NCBI GenBank assembly: GCA_002269645.1
Contig: NIVC01002179.1
Location: 131,275 to 195,274, forward strand
Source: Macrostomum lignano
Lineage: Eukaryota
DNA length: 64,000 nt
Reading direction: 5' to 3'
Each line of letters begins with the position of its first letter. The first letter of the stretch is position 1. The position numbers and the translations under genes are program-made. Under the pieces are notes generated by a model. That model was not told where the DNA came from. It saw nothing but the letters and a program-made list of their open reading frames with translations, and ran no database searches. Below, piece by piece: positions 50,844 to 64,000 of this stretch.

Positions 50844-52715
50844 TTAATAGTACACTCGAATCGACTGTTGCTCCCAAGCGGCGTATTCAGAAAACTCTGT
50901 CGCTCGTTCAAAGCTCGGCCTGTAGCTGCTGGTGAACTTTTTGATGGGATCGGCAGCAGCAGCAACTGGCGATCGGCTCTTCTTTCGTTGCTTTTTCTTC
51001 TTTTTACTCGGCACCGCAGCCGACACTTGATAGTTCTGTCCCACGGCGTTGTCCCAGAATGATTGACCCAAGCTTAGCGCTTCGAAGCAGACGCAGAATT
51101 CGAAGTCAACAGCCGGAGTGGGACACTGGAATGTAAAGCTAAAACTGTCGTGAGCCCCACCGTCACACAATGATAAATACTTGGCGTCGAAGTCTTTGTA
51201 GCTGCGCCAGGAATCGAATGAGACTCGCACGAAGACTCGCTTATCGAAACAGACATTCTTCACATTGACAATGCCACGAGCTGTGCAGCCCTCGAAATGC
51301 AAGCTACTCAGGGAAACGCAATTTCGTTCGAGATTCTCGCGAAACAGGACATACCGTGAGACTGGCTGCTCAAAACGGCAGTTGTACTGACAGGTGCTCG
51401 CCAGGGTAGCCTCCGATTCGCTCTCTGATGTTGATTCGACTTCCGTTTTGGGCAGTGGCAGGTTCGCCAGAATTTCTGTCAAAAAAAGGACATGAGGATT
51501 GGATGTACATGTACTATTTGGGTGGCGCATCTTTTAGGGAGTGGACAAGGGGCGCCAGCACCCCACGACTATATAACTTTCTTAAGATTTTCTACGAACA
51601 CCTTTTGCTGAGTCCTGACACACGGAGAGAGCTTAAAGTCTAAAGCAGTGTTTGAGCAAGTTACATAAAAATCTAAACTGATAGATAAAATAGTTTGAAA
51701 CTATTAACTAGTTAGGATAGTAGTATATAAAGTGTGTTCATAACAAAATATGGACAAACTCTGCTTGTAACTATAATAAATGGAGCTATAGTCCGTAAGA
51801 TACTCGTATACTTACACATTTTTTATTGATAATGATAATACTAATAATTGATTGCACCTGCCCTAATGGATTATTGCGCGGCGCATCTGAAGACTGCGTA
51901 CGGCTGTTCAGTCCAAGGAGGGGGGTCGCCACACAAACCCTCAATTAGCTAATGCTGATGCCCATTTTACAGCTGGGTGAACTGAAGCAACTGAAGCAAA
52001 CAGTTGTCGAATGCAGACTGAACTCACCTCTAGGCAGCACCGGCGGCACCCAGGATGGCTCGCGCATGAGTCGCACCTGGGTCAAATCGAGCCCCATCTC
52101 GTCCGCAAATTGGACACGCTTTCGTTCTTCCAATCCTTTCGAGCGCGCAGACTTGTAAGTGAAGCCGCAAGACGCCACTCGACGCATCTCGGGAAGCTGA
52201 AGGCTTTGGCTTAGCATCTGCTCCTGGTGCTCCAAATACAGTTCCTTTTGCAGCAATCTTGGCAGCTGTTGTTGACTGGGCTTCTCGGATTTTTTCTGAC
52301 TATCTTCACCATTTTGCTGGCTTTGCTGCTTTGCGGAAGTTTGTAGCGATCCATTGGCTTGTTTCTGCACTTTTTCTGACTGTTGGTGCAGTTCTAGCCG
52401 TGACAGCTGTTGCATCAGTACATCATGTTCTTTTTGCGGAATTTGCTGCTCCTGCTGAGGTTTTTGTTGCTGCTGCTGCAGTTTCTGCTTCTGCTTCAAC
52501 TGACCCTGTTCCGTCTGAGACAGGCTCTGCTTCTGTTTCTGTTTGAGCAGATTCTGGTCAGATTGACCCAATATCTTCTGTTGTTCTCTCTTGACCGCCT
52601 CTGCCGCTTGCTGCTGCATCTGCCGAGAGCTACTGTTACTCGTGTACTTGTAGAACTGACCGGACTGCGCTTGCAGCTCCATGGGCATCAGTTGCGTTTC
52701 AATATCGGAGGACAT
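50844..52715 (-). CDS. PPP1R3: Protein phosphatase 1 glycogen-targeting regulatory subunit (CBM21), 2 exons, about 439 aa
   Basis: Exons 52028-52715 and 50844-51475 (phase 1, GTGAGT donor, TTTTTTTGACAG acceptor). RVxF motif KRVQFADEMGLDL; CBM21 motifs GIVNVKNVCFDKRVFVRVSFDSW and FWDNAVGQNY. Start codon not certain. Confidence 0.88.
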
Positions 52716-54289
52716 GCCCAACGCAGAGATCAGAAGTCTTTATTGAGACGACACGATGCAAAAAAGAGAGTGACCTTGCCGCAGCTCAGGCGATGAGTTT
52801 TGTCACTACCTGTCGGCGTGTTTCGTGCCAACGGCACTATTTTCTAGAAGAACAATAGCCTCAGTCTTCTACAAGATGCGTCTGCAAAATTAGGGCCTAT
52901 TTAGCCCGCGTCTTTTAACTTCCAATCCGCCAGAAAAGCTGACAGATTTGTATTTCGCTCTGCTTTCTCTGTCTGTGTCTCTGTTCTTCTCTTTCTTAAT
53001 GCAGCTCTCAAACGAGTAGAGCGGTATTTTCCTTGCGTCTCTTTTTGTGTCCACAGATTTGCTATCTCTGCTTACCAAAACCACCCCTCCCTCCAGTCCT
53101 GTCTGCAAGCTCTGCGTTGTTATTCGTCTTTCCGCCTGACCTCCATTTGAAGCCAAATTCATTCGAGATTTCGACGCTGTTTATTATCGCTTTCACGCGG
53201 CGAGCAAGTGGTTTGGCGGAGGTTGGGGTGGCTGCTCGGGCTCTTCCGACTGGCCCGTCAGGCCACCTCGTGGTGGAACGCATTTTTAGCCTAGCCAGTT
53301 ACGTATGCCATTGCGCAAGGGAAATTCTGGAGAGGAATGCCCAGGAAGAAACTGTATTTTTAGAACGGGACTGTTGTTCAAATAAAATTAGCGCTCTGTG
53401 CTACTAACAGCGGCAGTGGTAGTTTATCTAGCTAATGTTGAAATTTTTATTGAAAAACTGTGCCTTGTGACAGGTAGCTGAAAAGTCTTGCTAGGTACTT
53501 CTACTAGGTGACAACTCTCCAATGTAAAATTTCCAGTTTGTGAAAGCGACCCCTCCGATCTATAAATCAGTCATTGAATAGGCTCTAGTTACTCAAATCC
53601 ATATTTTGACTGTTATGTGCAGATACCAATAATCTATAAAAAATAACCACATGAGTTTTCTGGACTAGCTGTCGTGTATACAGTGCATGCAGTCAGTCGT
53701 ATAGCGATTGCCCAACATGTGCAGCTCCCGGTTTGATGGATACCACAGTAGATTCGGTCGGGCAAATTGCTGTGCAGGATGAGTCTAAACTCCAAACGAT
53801 AATTCGAGCTCTGCTTACTGTCAATCACTCTAATAGCATTGGCGACCCGATGAGGTTAAGCTTCAGGGGTAGAGTTGGGGCGTGATGGTTGGGATCTTGG
53901 AAGCTAATCTCCGGGTTACGCGCCTGGCGCTGCAGTGTTTGCTTTTCAAAACTGCTTGTTGGTCGGTTTTTTTTGTCAGCTGCCGCTAGCAGATATTTGA
54001 CTACGTAACTAAAAGTGAAATTGCAGCATAATACAGTGTACACGAATGAGGACCGGTTGCATTCCACCCACATAGAGGGTTGAATCCTGGGCAAAAATAT
54101 TGTTTGTTCATCTTGACAAATTATAACTGAATTCTCCTAATGTTCTCTTTGACTGTGAACGAAGACTTCGAGACATTATCAGAAGTCATCAAATTTCCAT
54201 GGTCAATAAATATTCTATGATTTTTTCCTGCAACTACGAGTATCAATACGCATGGGTTCAAGAAATGCGAAGTTTAGGCAATATATAAA

Positions 54290-54460
54290 GTTAAGGCAAT
54301 GTTATCTTTAGGCAATGTAAAGCTAAAGTAATGTGATGCTTAATCAATGTGATGGTTAGGCAGTGTGATGTTTAGTCAATGGGATGTTTAGGCATGTGAT
54401 GTTTAGTCAATGTGATGTTTAAGTAATGTGATGTTTAGTCAATGTGATGTTTAGGCAATG
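54290..54460. repeat. Degenerate about 17-bp repeat
   Basis: AATGTGATGTTTAGGC-like units. Confidence 0.7.
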
Positions 54461-54467
54461 GATAAAT

Positions 54468-54561
54468 AATCAGCGGTCCCAGTGCGTGACATGATTGTCT
54501 GGCGAGCGCCGGTAGGCGCGAGCCATAGACAAATCGTTGCCACGTGCTGCGACCGCTGATT
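54468..54561. other. 94-bp imperfect palindrome (MITE-like or hairpin RNA)
   Basis: AATCAGCGGTC...GACCGCTGATT ends, internal TTGTCT/AGACAA pairing, central GCGCC-GGTA-GGCGC. Confidence 0.6.
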
Positions 54562-55229
54562 CTTTGCATTGTTTTTCTGTTTGACGATCCTACAGACAAT
54601 GCATTGTTTGTAGTAATGTTTGTTCTGCATAAAATATACGAATAATGATCGTCAAATTGCTAAACAATGTGATGACAAAGTGAAGCATAGGATATGTGGA
54701 CTTACTTGGCAAAGGAAACTTTTGCACTTTTAAAGATAGCAACTAGCCAAAGCGACAAAAGTTTAGCCATAGACATGCACAGATGCATATAATAATTCAA
54801 TCAATAATTGAGTCCATTCTCATTAGCGAAAAAGGAGAGATTAACAAATCAGATACTTTCTTTCTCTTTAATTGAACCAAATCCTACTAATTTAATGCAT
54901 GCATTCCAACTCTGATTGATTTTGCCAAACCAAAATGTATATGATTCAGCAATCTTGGGGAAGTTTAATCGAACAGGTCGAACATGTTCTGGCATTCGAT
55001 TCGGTCTTTATTAGCCGCCTGTTAGTCTGCAGGTCTGCTGTCCCGCGGCCTTCCCTGGTCGTGAGTGCCCCAGCTAGTCCCAGTCAATTTTCTCAGATAT
55101 GTGCATATTGATGGAGGGGGCAGAGACACATTTGAGCTGAGGCAACCCAGCTGCTCATCAACTGCCAACAGCCCTCTGGTTCAATTCATTTTTGTATCTG
55201 TCTACTACTCTTTTCCGTGCTAGTCTCTG

Positions 55230-56010
55230 ATTACCTCTCCCTCTCCCTGTCTCCCTCTCCTTGTCTCCCGGTCTTCCTGTCTCCCTCTCCCCCTCTCCCT
55301 GTCTCCCTCTCCCTGTCTCCCTCTCCCTGTCTCCCTCTCCCTGTCTCCCTCTCCCTGTCTCCCTCTCCCTGTCTCCCTCTCCCTGTCTCCCTCTCCCTGT
55401 CTCCCTCTCCCTGTCTCCCTCTCCCTGTCTCCCTCTCCCTGTCTCCCTCTCCCTGTCTCCCTCTCCCTGTCTCCCTCTCCCTGTCTCCCTCTCCCTGTCT
55501 CCCTCTCCCTGTCTCCTTCTCCTGACCCCCTCTCCCTGTCTCCTTTTCCCTGTCTCCTTCTCCCTGTCTCCTTCTCCCTGTCTCCTTCTCCCTGTCTCAC
55601 TCTCCCTGTCTCCTTCTCCCCTGTCTCCTTCTCCCTGTCTCCTTCTCCCTGTCTCCTTCTCCTGTCTCCCTCTCCCTGTCTCCTTCTCCCCGTCTCCTTC
55701 TCCCTGTCTCCTTCTCCTGTCTCCCTCTTCCTGTCTCCCTCTCCTGTCTCCCTCTCCATGACTTCCTCTCCCTGTCTCCCTCTCCTGTCTCCCTCTCCCT
55801 GTCTCCCTCTCACTGTCTCCCTCTCCCTGCTTCCCTGTCTCCCTACCCTGTCTCCATCTCTCCCTCCCCTGTCTCCCTGCTTCCCTGTCTCCCTACCCTG
55901 TCTCCATCTCTCCCTCCCCTGTCTCCCTCTCACTGTCTCCCTCTCACTGTCTCCCTCCCCTGTCTCCCTCTCCCTGTCTCCCTCTCACTGTCTTCCTCTC
56001 CCTGTCTCTC
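55230..56010. repeat. 16-bp CT-rich minisatellite
   Basis: CTCCCTGTCTCCCTCT units, degenerating 3'. Confidence 0.92.
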
Positions 56011-56799
56011 CTACTCCAAAACTGCATTACGAGTATTTTGCTACCAAAACACGCCAACTTCAACAGAACCATGGACGTTGCTTTTATAGTTTCCAAAATC
56101 GAAAAATTCCTTTATGTTGAAGAACTACACCAGAAGAAACTGTTCTGAAACAATGTTCTGCTTCGTTTAGTTTGTGCTGCTTGTCCTCAGAAACAATCTG
56201 GCTGTGACACCGCGAACTACTCGACAAGTTTTCGTCAAATTTGACGAGCCAACATCGAAATCTGTCCGTTCTGTCCGAATCTCGAACCACTTGAAACAAA
56301 AAAATTCTTTTTATGGGTCACGTTTGAAAAGAAAGAAATGCCAAAGCAAGGTAATGCTGACTGCCCAACTAGACTTTAACCTATAGGCTTCATCCCTCGA
56401 TGACCTCCTGCAGATGATGATGAAGCAACTGACTTGTGTCGGCATGACCCTCAGCTGGCACTCGAAACTCTACGAGACAGAAGTTGCGTCATTTCAGTTG
56501 TTGCGGTTTTGCATTCCACGCGTGCAGCTTCCACAATCGCAGCATTATCCTCATCACTCCGTCATCCAGCCAGTTCCAGTTTTGTTCCTCATTTCACCCG
56601 GGTAACAAAATCCCCATTTCGCAGTTTCGCACCTCTAATCGCCCACCTGGACTAACTTAATTCTTACGCTGAGGTTTGAAAGACCTGGTGACCTTTCACA
56701 GTGTATGTATATCAACATATGTATATATATTCATTTCTTATTATCTAAATCGAAGTTGAGATGTAAGCTGTGAGATAAGATCAAAATTTCAGCGAGATA

Positions 56800-57355
56800 T
56801 CAATCAGATTTCAATGAGATTGAAGTGAGATATAAAATAGATTGAAGAGAGATCCTAAATTAGACTAAAGTGTGATCCCAATGAGATTGAAGTGAGATCT
56901 CAATGAGACTGAGGTGCGATCTCAATGGGACTGAATTGCGATCTCAATGAGATTGAAGTGAGATCTCAATGAGATTGAAGTGAGATCTCAATGAGATTGA
57001 AGTGAGATCTCAATGAGATTGAAGTGAGATCTCAATGAGATTGAAGTGAGATCTCAATGAGATTGAAGTGAGATCTCAATGAGATTGAAGTGAGATCTCA
57101 ATGAGATTGAATTGAGATCTCAATGAGATTGAATTGAGATCTCAATGAGATTGAAGTGAGATTGAAGTGGAATATAAAAGAGATTGAACAGAGATCCTAA
57201 ATTAGACTAAAGTGTGATCCCAATGAGACTGAGGTGCGATCTCAATGACACTGAATTGCGATCTCAATGAGATTGAAGTGAGATCTCAATGAGATTGAAG
57301 TGAGATTTCAATGAGACTGAAGTGAGATCTCAATGAGACTGAAGTGAGATCTCCA
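56800..57355. repeat. 22-bp minisatellite with an internal palindrome and a 342-bp block duplication
   Basis: GAGATTGAAGTGAGATCTCAAT; GATCCTAAATTAGACTAAAG at 56851 and 57193. Confidence 0.9.
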
Positions 57356-57984
57356 TTAGAGCCCTAACTACCAGTAAGAGCCATGTGAACACATATTGAG
57401 GGCAGAATTTTACAAGTAGGTAAATTCAGGTAACAAACAAACCCTGAGGTGAAAAACGACAAATGCAAAGCAGATGGTACCTTAATTAAGTGCCAATTAC
57501 AAATTTACCTAGAAAATATTTTGCCTCACACACCGGAACCGAAGCGCTGGTAACCGCATCAGTCACCCTATGCCAAATCCTTAAGGTCAAAGGTTGCAAT
57601 TAGGCTTAGGTGTTACAATCAATTGGCTTTTGCGTGAGTGGACCAATACATGTTAATCGTAAATTAGCTATATTGTGTGCGACTGTAAATCAATTGTCAT
57701 TAAGAGGGTGGAGCGTACGCTGCCATTTGTCACACTGCTGTTCTACAATTATTTATTGCCAAAAGAAAAGAGTACCTGATCTCCATGGTGCTCATCACAC
57801 TTCCTGATTCTCACTACTGACTCTTAATCTCTCACACTTCCTTCTCTTTTATGGGTAGAAACTCAGCCTTCTGGAGGGCATGAGGTTATGACCTCCACTC
57901 TAGAGACGAGTTCCCGTTTGAATTCGACCCGAGTAAACGCCTTTCCCAAACCGATGTGACTCTCAAAAGGAAAAATCTCGGACC

Positions 57985-58710
57985 ATAGCACTCTCCTCTC
58001 ACTCCGTTTCTCGCACTCTGTCACTCTCCTCTCACTCCGTCTCTCGCACTCTGTCACTCTCCTCTCACTCCGTCTCTCGCACTCTGTCACTCTCCTTATC
58101 ACTCCGTCTTTTTCACTCTGTCACTCTCCTCTCACTCCATCTCTCGCACTCTGTCACTCTCCCTATCACTCCGTCTCTTTCACTCTGTCACTCTCCTCTC
58201 ACTCCGTCTCTCGCATTCTGTCACTCTCCTCTCACTCCGTCTCTTTCACTCCGTCACTCAGCCTCTCTCACTCCGTCTCTTGCACTCTGTCACTCACCCT
58301 CTCTCACTCCGTCTCTCGCACTCTGTCACTAACCCTATCACTCCGTCTCTTGCACTCTGTCACTCTCCTCTCACTCCGTCTCTCGCATTCTGTCACTCTC
58401 CTCTCACTCCGTCTCTTTCACTCCGTCACTCAGCCTCTCTCACTCCGTCTCTTGCACTCTGTCACTCACCCTCTCTCACTCCGTCTCTCGCACTCTGTCA
58501 CTAACCCTATCACTCCGTCTCTTGCACTCTGTCACTCTCCTCTCACTCCGTCTCTCGCATTCTGTCACTCTCCTCTCACTCCGTCTCTTTCACTCCGTCA
58601 CTCAGCCTCTCTCACTCCGTCTCTTGCACTCTGTCACTCACCCTCTCTCACTCCGTCTCTCGCACTCTGTCACTAACCCTATCACTCCGTCTCTTGCACT
58701 CTGTCACTCG
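57985..58710. repeat. About 33-bp minisatellite with a 172-bp higher-order repeat
   Basis: TAACCCTATCACTCC marker at 58330, 58502 and 58674. Confidence 0.9.
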
Positions 58711-59539
58711 CAAACTGTCACTCTAACTCTAACACATTGTCATTGTCATCTTATCATTCAACTGAAATTACGCGCTTATTCAGAGCAATCCGGTACCTCT
58801 ATCTCGCAACCCCCTCCCACCCCTCAACTTTCAAAGCACCAACCGACAAGCACATATCGGCCTTATAAACGCAGTTTCAAAAAGGTGCGAAAATCCGTTA
58901 TTATATCTTCACAAAGAGAAAGAAGCAGCTTTAGAAAATTTCAGTCTGCTAACTGAATTAGCACCTCGCCAACCCCTCTGCGCTACGCTTGAACTGCGAA
59001 AGTTTCTAAGAAATGGCTCGACAAATTGATGACTATTCCGCAGTGATATAATGCATCGTCTGCCCTTCTGTTGTGAGGCAGGGTGCGGTGTGCAAGGGGG
59101 GGTGTTTAGAAAAGGTGCGAAAAACGTTCTTAAAACCCTTTATTTCATTTGCAGACTTCAAGGTGCCGCAGCTTAAACGAAACCAATTGATAAAATTAAT
59201 AGAAAATTCCTTTTAAGCTGTTAGTATATTAGTTATACCTGCTTTGACATTGAAGAGTTGGATCTGATTGACAGTTTATAATTCTCTTCATACCACCTAT
59301 AGCTCAAGATCTGAGCAGCTGGAGCTTTGAGCAACTCCACAATTGGTAAGATTTGCTCTAAATTAAGTGGCTTCCTTTTTAAAAAATTCTACTTGGCCTT
59401 GCCAATCTTTTCAGGGACTTCTCCGTGGGAAGTGGGTATGGTATACACTTGGACTGGAAACCCCTTCCTGAAACTGAAATCTCAAACACTTGATGCATCA
59501 ACTGCTCCTACCACTCCCTCTCTCACACCCTGTCTCTCC

Positions 59540-59785
59540 TCTCTCACTCTCCTGTTAGTTCCCCTCACTCTCCTGTCACTCTTGTCACTCTCCCGTCACT
59601 CTCCTGTGACTCTCTCCTGTCACTCTCCCGTCACTCTCCTGTCACTCTCTCTTGTCACTCTCTTGTCACTCTCCTGTCACTCTCCTGTGACTCTCTCCTG
59701 TCACTCTCCCGTCACTCTCATGTCACTCTCCTGTCACTCTCATGTCACTCTCCTGTCACTCTCCTGTCACTCCTCTCTCTTCACT
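59540..59785. repeat. About 11-bp CACTCTCCTGT repeat
   Basis: Direct reading. Confidence 0.8.
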
Positions 59786-60529
59786 CGCTATCTGCTTTAA
59801 CTTCATAGCTACGCTAGTTATTACCTTAAATTTGACAACTAATCAAAATATACTAAATCTCTTATTATTACCTATTACTACCTAATCAAATGCCTAAGGT
59901 TAAAGTTAGACCTTCAAAATAACTTTTCAGCAATTTTGCAGCGTATCTTGCGCGTAAAATGCCACAGTTAGGACTTGCGTCCCAGTCCATGCACCATTAG
60001 AAGTCCTTGTGTACCCTGTTACTGTACAATTTTGAGTCAACAGATGGAGAGTCGCAATGGATTGAGTTGAGCAGCAATCTCAGATAGAACTTCTCCTATA
60101 ATGATTGCGTAATCCCTTCACTCCCCTCTCCGCTCTTTGCCCAGATCCCCAGAAAACCGGCGCGGGAAGTTGGCCGAGAGTGCAGAGCGGCAGTGGGGGG
60201 GGGGTTAAAAAGAGTTAAGCTCACTTCCTTCCGCTTTGAGTTTTTTACGTTAAAAAAAGAAGTGAAATCGCAAGACTTAGTCAAGTCACTGGCCTTCTCA
60301 AAGCTTATTATTCATCATCGATCTTTAGGCAAAAACTATTTTTATCCCCAATAAATTCTTCCCATGAGAGGATCATTGTGCGTGAGTATTTCTTTCCTCA
60401 AAACTTGAAAATCTGTAGCGTGAATGGCGAAATCAGGAAGTATTATTTTCATTGTATTATTCGCTCTCACTGCTCTATTAAGATTCTGGGGCTTTGAAAT
60501 GGATTAAAATTTACCTTATTTCTCTTCCC

Positions 60530-60830
60530 CTATCTCTCCCTCTCACACTCTTCTCTCCCTCCCTCTCACCCTACTCTCCCCAACTCACCCTACTCTCCCT
60601 CTCACACTACTCTCTCCCTCTCAACCTCCTCTCTCCCTCTCACCCTACTCTCCCTCTCACCCTACTCTCCCTCTCACACTACTCTCTCCCTCTGACCCTC
60701 GTCTCTCCCTCTATCCTTCTCTCACTCTCCCTCTCACTCCTCTCTCTCTCCCTCTCACTCCTCTCTCTCTCCCTCTCACTCCTCTCTCTCCCTCTCACTC
60801 CTCTCTCTCTCCCTCTCACAACCTCCTCAC
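60530..60830. repeat. CT-rich low-complexity tract
   Basis: CTCTCCCTCTCAC-like units. Confidence 0.7.
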
Positions 60831-62449
60831 AGCATCACTATCTCATCCTCAGCCTCTCTCTACCGTCATTAATTACTAAAGAAAACTAGCCAGTCCCAAA
60901 ACGGTGTCAGTTCGCAAGAGGGAACGTGTCAAAAAGGAAATAATTAATTTTTTCTTCGAATCCACCTGCATGACCAGCCTATCCGATGCCCGCATGCGTT
61001 GGACAACTCCTCATAAGCCTCCGCGCCTCATCTTTTCGAGAACCTTCGAAGCGCGATAATCGCTGCTGCTGCTGCTGCTTTTGAGATGGACTGCCGATGG
61101 GGGAAATGGGCGACGACTCAGGAAATGCCGCTAGGCTTCTTCTAGGAGAAAGAGAAGAAGAGAATCCTCTCTTCTTAGTTGTTAAGCTAAGATTTACGGG
61201 ATGTCAGTGGCCGAGAGAGAGAGAGAGTAGTGTGAGCTGCAGCGGTGTTAAGAAGGCTTCGCTCATCCCATACGGGCATCCGCTTTACCGGGAAGAGAAA
61301 ACTGACCCCCCCTCCCGAACTCATTCCGAATGCTCTAATTGTTCTCTGATGCACTTTCGGTTTCTCATAAATAATTCTGCTATGAGTTTTATAGATTTGA
61401 TTTTGAAGGCCTAGTGCACCTTCCCGACATGAATGTTCAAACAGCTTCGTCTCGAATTTTCCATAGTCTATGGTGCAGAGACTTAGGGGACATTTGTCAC
61501 CTTCTGAAATTTAGTCTACGAGTATGGCTCAACTCTCTACCCATCAGCGCATCGGAAACGGACTTGACTAAAGACATTATCTGCTCAGCTCAAACACGTT
61601 TACCTTCACCAGCGCATTTGACAAGCGAAGATGCCCGCGCAGTGTCGATGAGTCACCGCTCCCTGCGGTGACGTACACTACGTATGGTTAAGTCTTTTTA
61701 TAGATTTTTTAGAGAAAGGAGAGTCGGGATCTCATATCCCGACGGTCCAGTGCTAAGTTGTTGGGTGAGAATCATACATTATCAAAGTAGAATCAAGCTG
61801 GTTTGGCAGACCTCTAAATTGAGTCCAATCGCCTCTCTCTATCGACCTGAAAGAAAGTTGCGTGAATCGAAGGTCATGGAGGGTTTGATCTCTAGATATT
61901 ATATCTACAGCGGCAGTATAAAGATGCGATGAGAAGGCTATAGTCGAAAAAACACGAGTTCCTGCTTCACTTTTTTCTTATTAAACAAGAGAAGACCAGA
62001 AAGAAGCACGAGGAGCTAACTAGAGGGGAGTGGATGCAGCATACCCTTTCCTAGAAAGGCTTCCTAACAGCCTCTGGAGCTTTGAGGACAGCATGACCGG
62101 TGAAGATGCTTGAGGAGATGGGAGTTCTCTCGATTGCGTAATCCTACTTCAGCTTTGGGAGCCAAGATCCTCCTCTCATGCCTTGCGTGTGTGGCGGTAC
62201 ACGGTGCAGTGAGTACCTTCTTAGCTACCCAAAAACACTTGCTCCACCCCCCTCTCTCGCGCCCGCAAGCTTTAGAACGAGAATTAAAAAAGTTTCCCTA
62301 ACAGAATCTCGACAGCGTGTCTTCATCTTTTTTCATATCTATTGGCTATAGACTCAAAGTCTGTGAAGAGGTTTTTAGTATTCTGCGACAAGCTCATCCA
62401 GAATCGTTTAGGATCGTTCTTGAGTCTTTCTTGAGTGATTCTAAAAGTG

Positions 62450-63840
62450 GTTCTAGGGAGATTCTAGGGTGATTCTAGGGGTGATTCTAGGGGTGATTCT
62501 AGGGGTGATTCTAGGAGTGATTCTAGGGGTGAATCTAGGGTGGTTCTAGGAGTGATTCTAGGAGTGATTCTAGGGGCGATTCTAGGGTGATTCTAGGAGT
62601 GATTCTAGGGGTGATTCTAGGGCGATTCTAGGAGTGATTCTAGGAGTGATTCTAGGAGTGATTCTAGGGGTGATTCTAGGAGTGATTCTAGGAGTGATTC
62701 TAGGGGCGATTCTAGGAGTGATTCTAGGAGTGATTCTAGGAGTGATTCTAGGAGTGATTCTAGGGTGATTCTAGAGTGATTCTAGGGGCTTAGGGGTGAT
62801 TCTAGGGGCGATTCTAGGGGTGATTCTAGGGGATTCTAGGGGTGATTCTAGGGGCTATTCTAGGGGTGATTCTAGGAGTGATTCTAGGGCGATTCTAGGG
62901 TGATTCTAGGAGTGATTCTAGGAGTGATTCTAGGGGCTTAGGGGTGATTCTAGGGCGATTCTAGGGGTGATTCTAGGGTGATTCTAGGGGTGATTCTAGG
63001 GGCTATTCTAGGGGTGATTCTAGTAGTGATTCTAGGGGCGATTCTAGGGGTGATTCTAGGAGTGATTCTAGGGGTGATTTCTAGGAGTGATTCTAGGGCT
63101 TAGGGGTGATTCTAGGGGCGATTCTAGGGTGATTCTAGGGGTGATTCTAGGGTGATTCTAGGAGTGATTCTAGGGGTGATTCTAGGGCTATTCTAGGGGT
63201 GATTCTAGGGTGATTCTAGGGGCGATTCTAGGGTGATTCTAGGAGTGATTCTAGGGGTGATTCTAGGAGTGATTCTAGGGGCTTAGGGGTGATTCTAGGG
63301 GCGATTCTAGGGTGATTCTAGGGTGATTCTAGGGGTGATTCTAGGGGCTATTCTAGGGTGATTCTAGGGGCGATTCTAGGGTGATTCTAGGGGTGATTCT
63401 AGGGGTGATTCTAGGGGCTATTCTAGGGTGATTCTAGGGGCGATTCTAGGGTGATCTAGAGGCGATTCTAGGGGTGTTTCTAGGGGTGATTCTAGGGCTT
63501 AGGGGTGATTCTAGGGCGATTCTAGGGGCGATTCTAGGGGTAATTCTAGGTGATTCTAGGGCGATTCTAGGGTGATTCTAGGGGCGATTCTAGGGTGATT
63601 CTAGGGGTGATTCTAGGGGCGATTCTAGGTGTTTCTAGGGGTGATTCTAGGGGCTTAGGGGATTCTAGGGCGATTCTAGGGGCGATTCTAGGGTAATTCT
63701 AGGGTGATTCTAGGGCGATTCTAGGGTGATTCTAGGGCGATTCTAGGGGTGATTCTAGGGTGATTCTAGGGTGATCTAGGAGTGATTCTAGGAGTGATTC
63801 TAGGAGTGATTCTAGGGCGATTCTAGGGGCGATTCTAATA
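62450..63840. repeat. 12-13-bp satellite GTGATTCTAGG(R)G
   Basis: Direct reading; GCTTAGGGG variants. Confidence 0.95.
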
Positions 63841-64000
63841 GGCGATTCTTAAGTCAATTTAAGAGGGGCGACGTAAGGGCAATTCTAGTGGCGATTCCAG
63901 AGGCGATTTTAAGGCGATTTTGAAAGGCGTGACACTAGCGGCTTTTTTGTGGCCGCCCAATAAAGGTGCCTTCTAGGGGCACTTGTAGAATGCTTCAAGT

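Noticed and set aside
60890-62300. GC-richer patches with a (CTG)n run and short ORFs
   Set aside because: No consistent frame or splice pattern could be built

Overview
Eukaryotic animal genomic DNA. GC-rich exons, GT-AG introns and dense satellite arrays suggest the flatworm Macrostomum (inference only). Roughly 35-40% of the window is tandem repeat by my summed estimate, in about 30 arrays, and most long ORFs in the track are repeat artefacts. Genes reconstructed by hand with phase-consistent splice junctions: an intronless B-box-like/coiled-coil/NHL protein with a degenerate tandem paralog; an 8-exon MAP10 homolog (-); a 4-exon SEC14-like CRAL-TRIO/GOLD gene (+); a polyQ-rich orphan ORF (-); a 3-exon calcitonin-type neuropeptide precursor (-); a frameshifted SLC35A4-like pseudogene (+); a 5-exon LRR-Ig-TM receptor (+); and a 2-exon PP1 glycogen-targeting subunit (-). 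The top finding is the 112-aa calcitonin-type precursor. It is invisible in the ORF track because both introns are filled with satellites, and it predicts a 32-residue, two-Cys, Pro-amide peptide. Other notable observations: a tandemly duplicated in-frame splice donor in MAP10, a candidate minisatellite exitron, and a distinct satellite in 12 of 17 introns.
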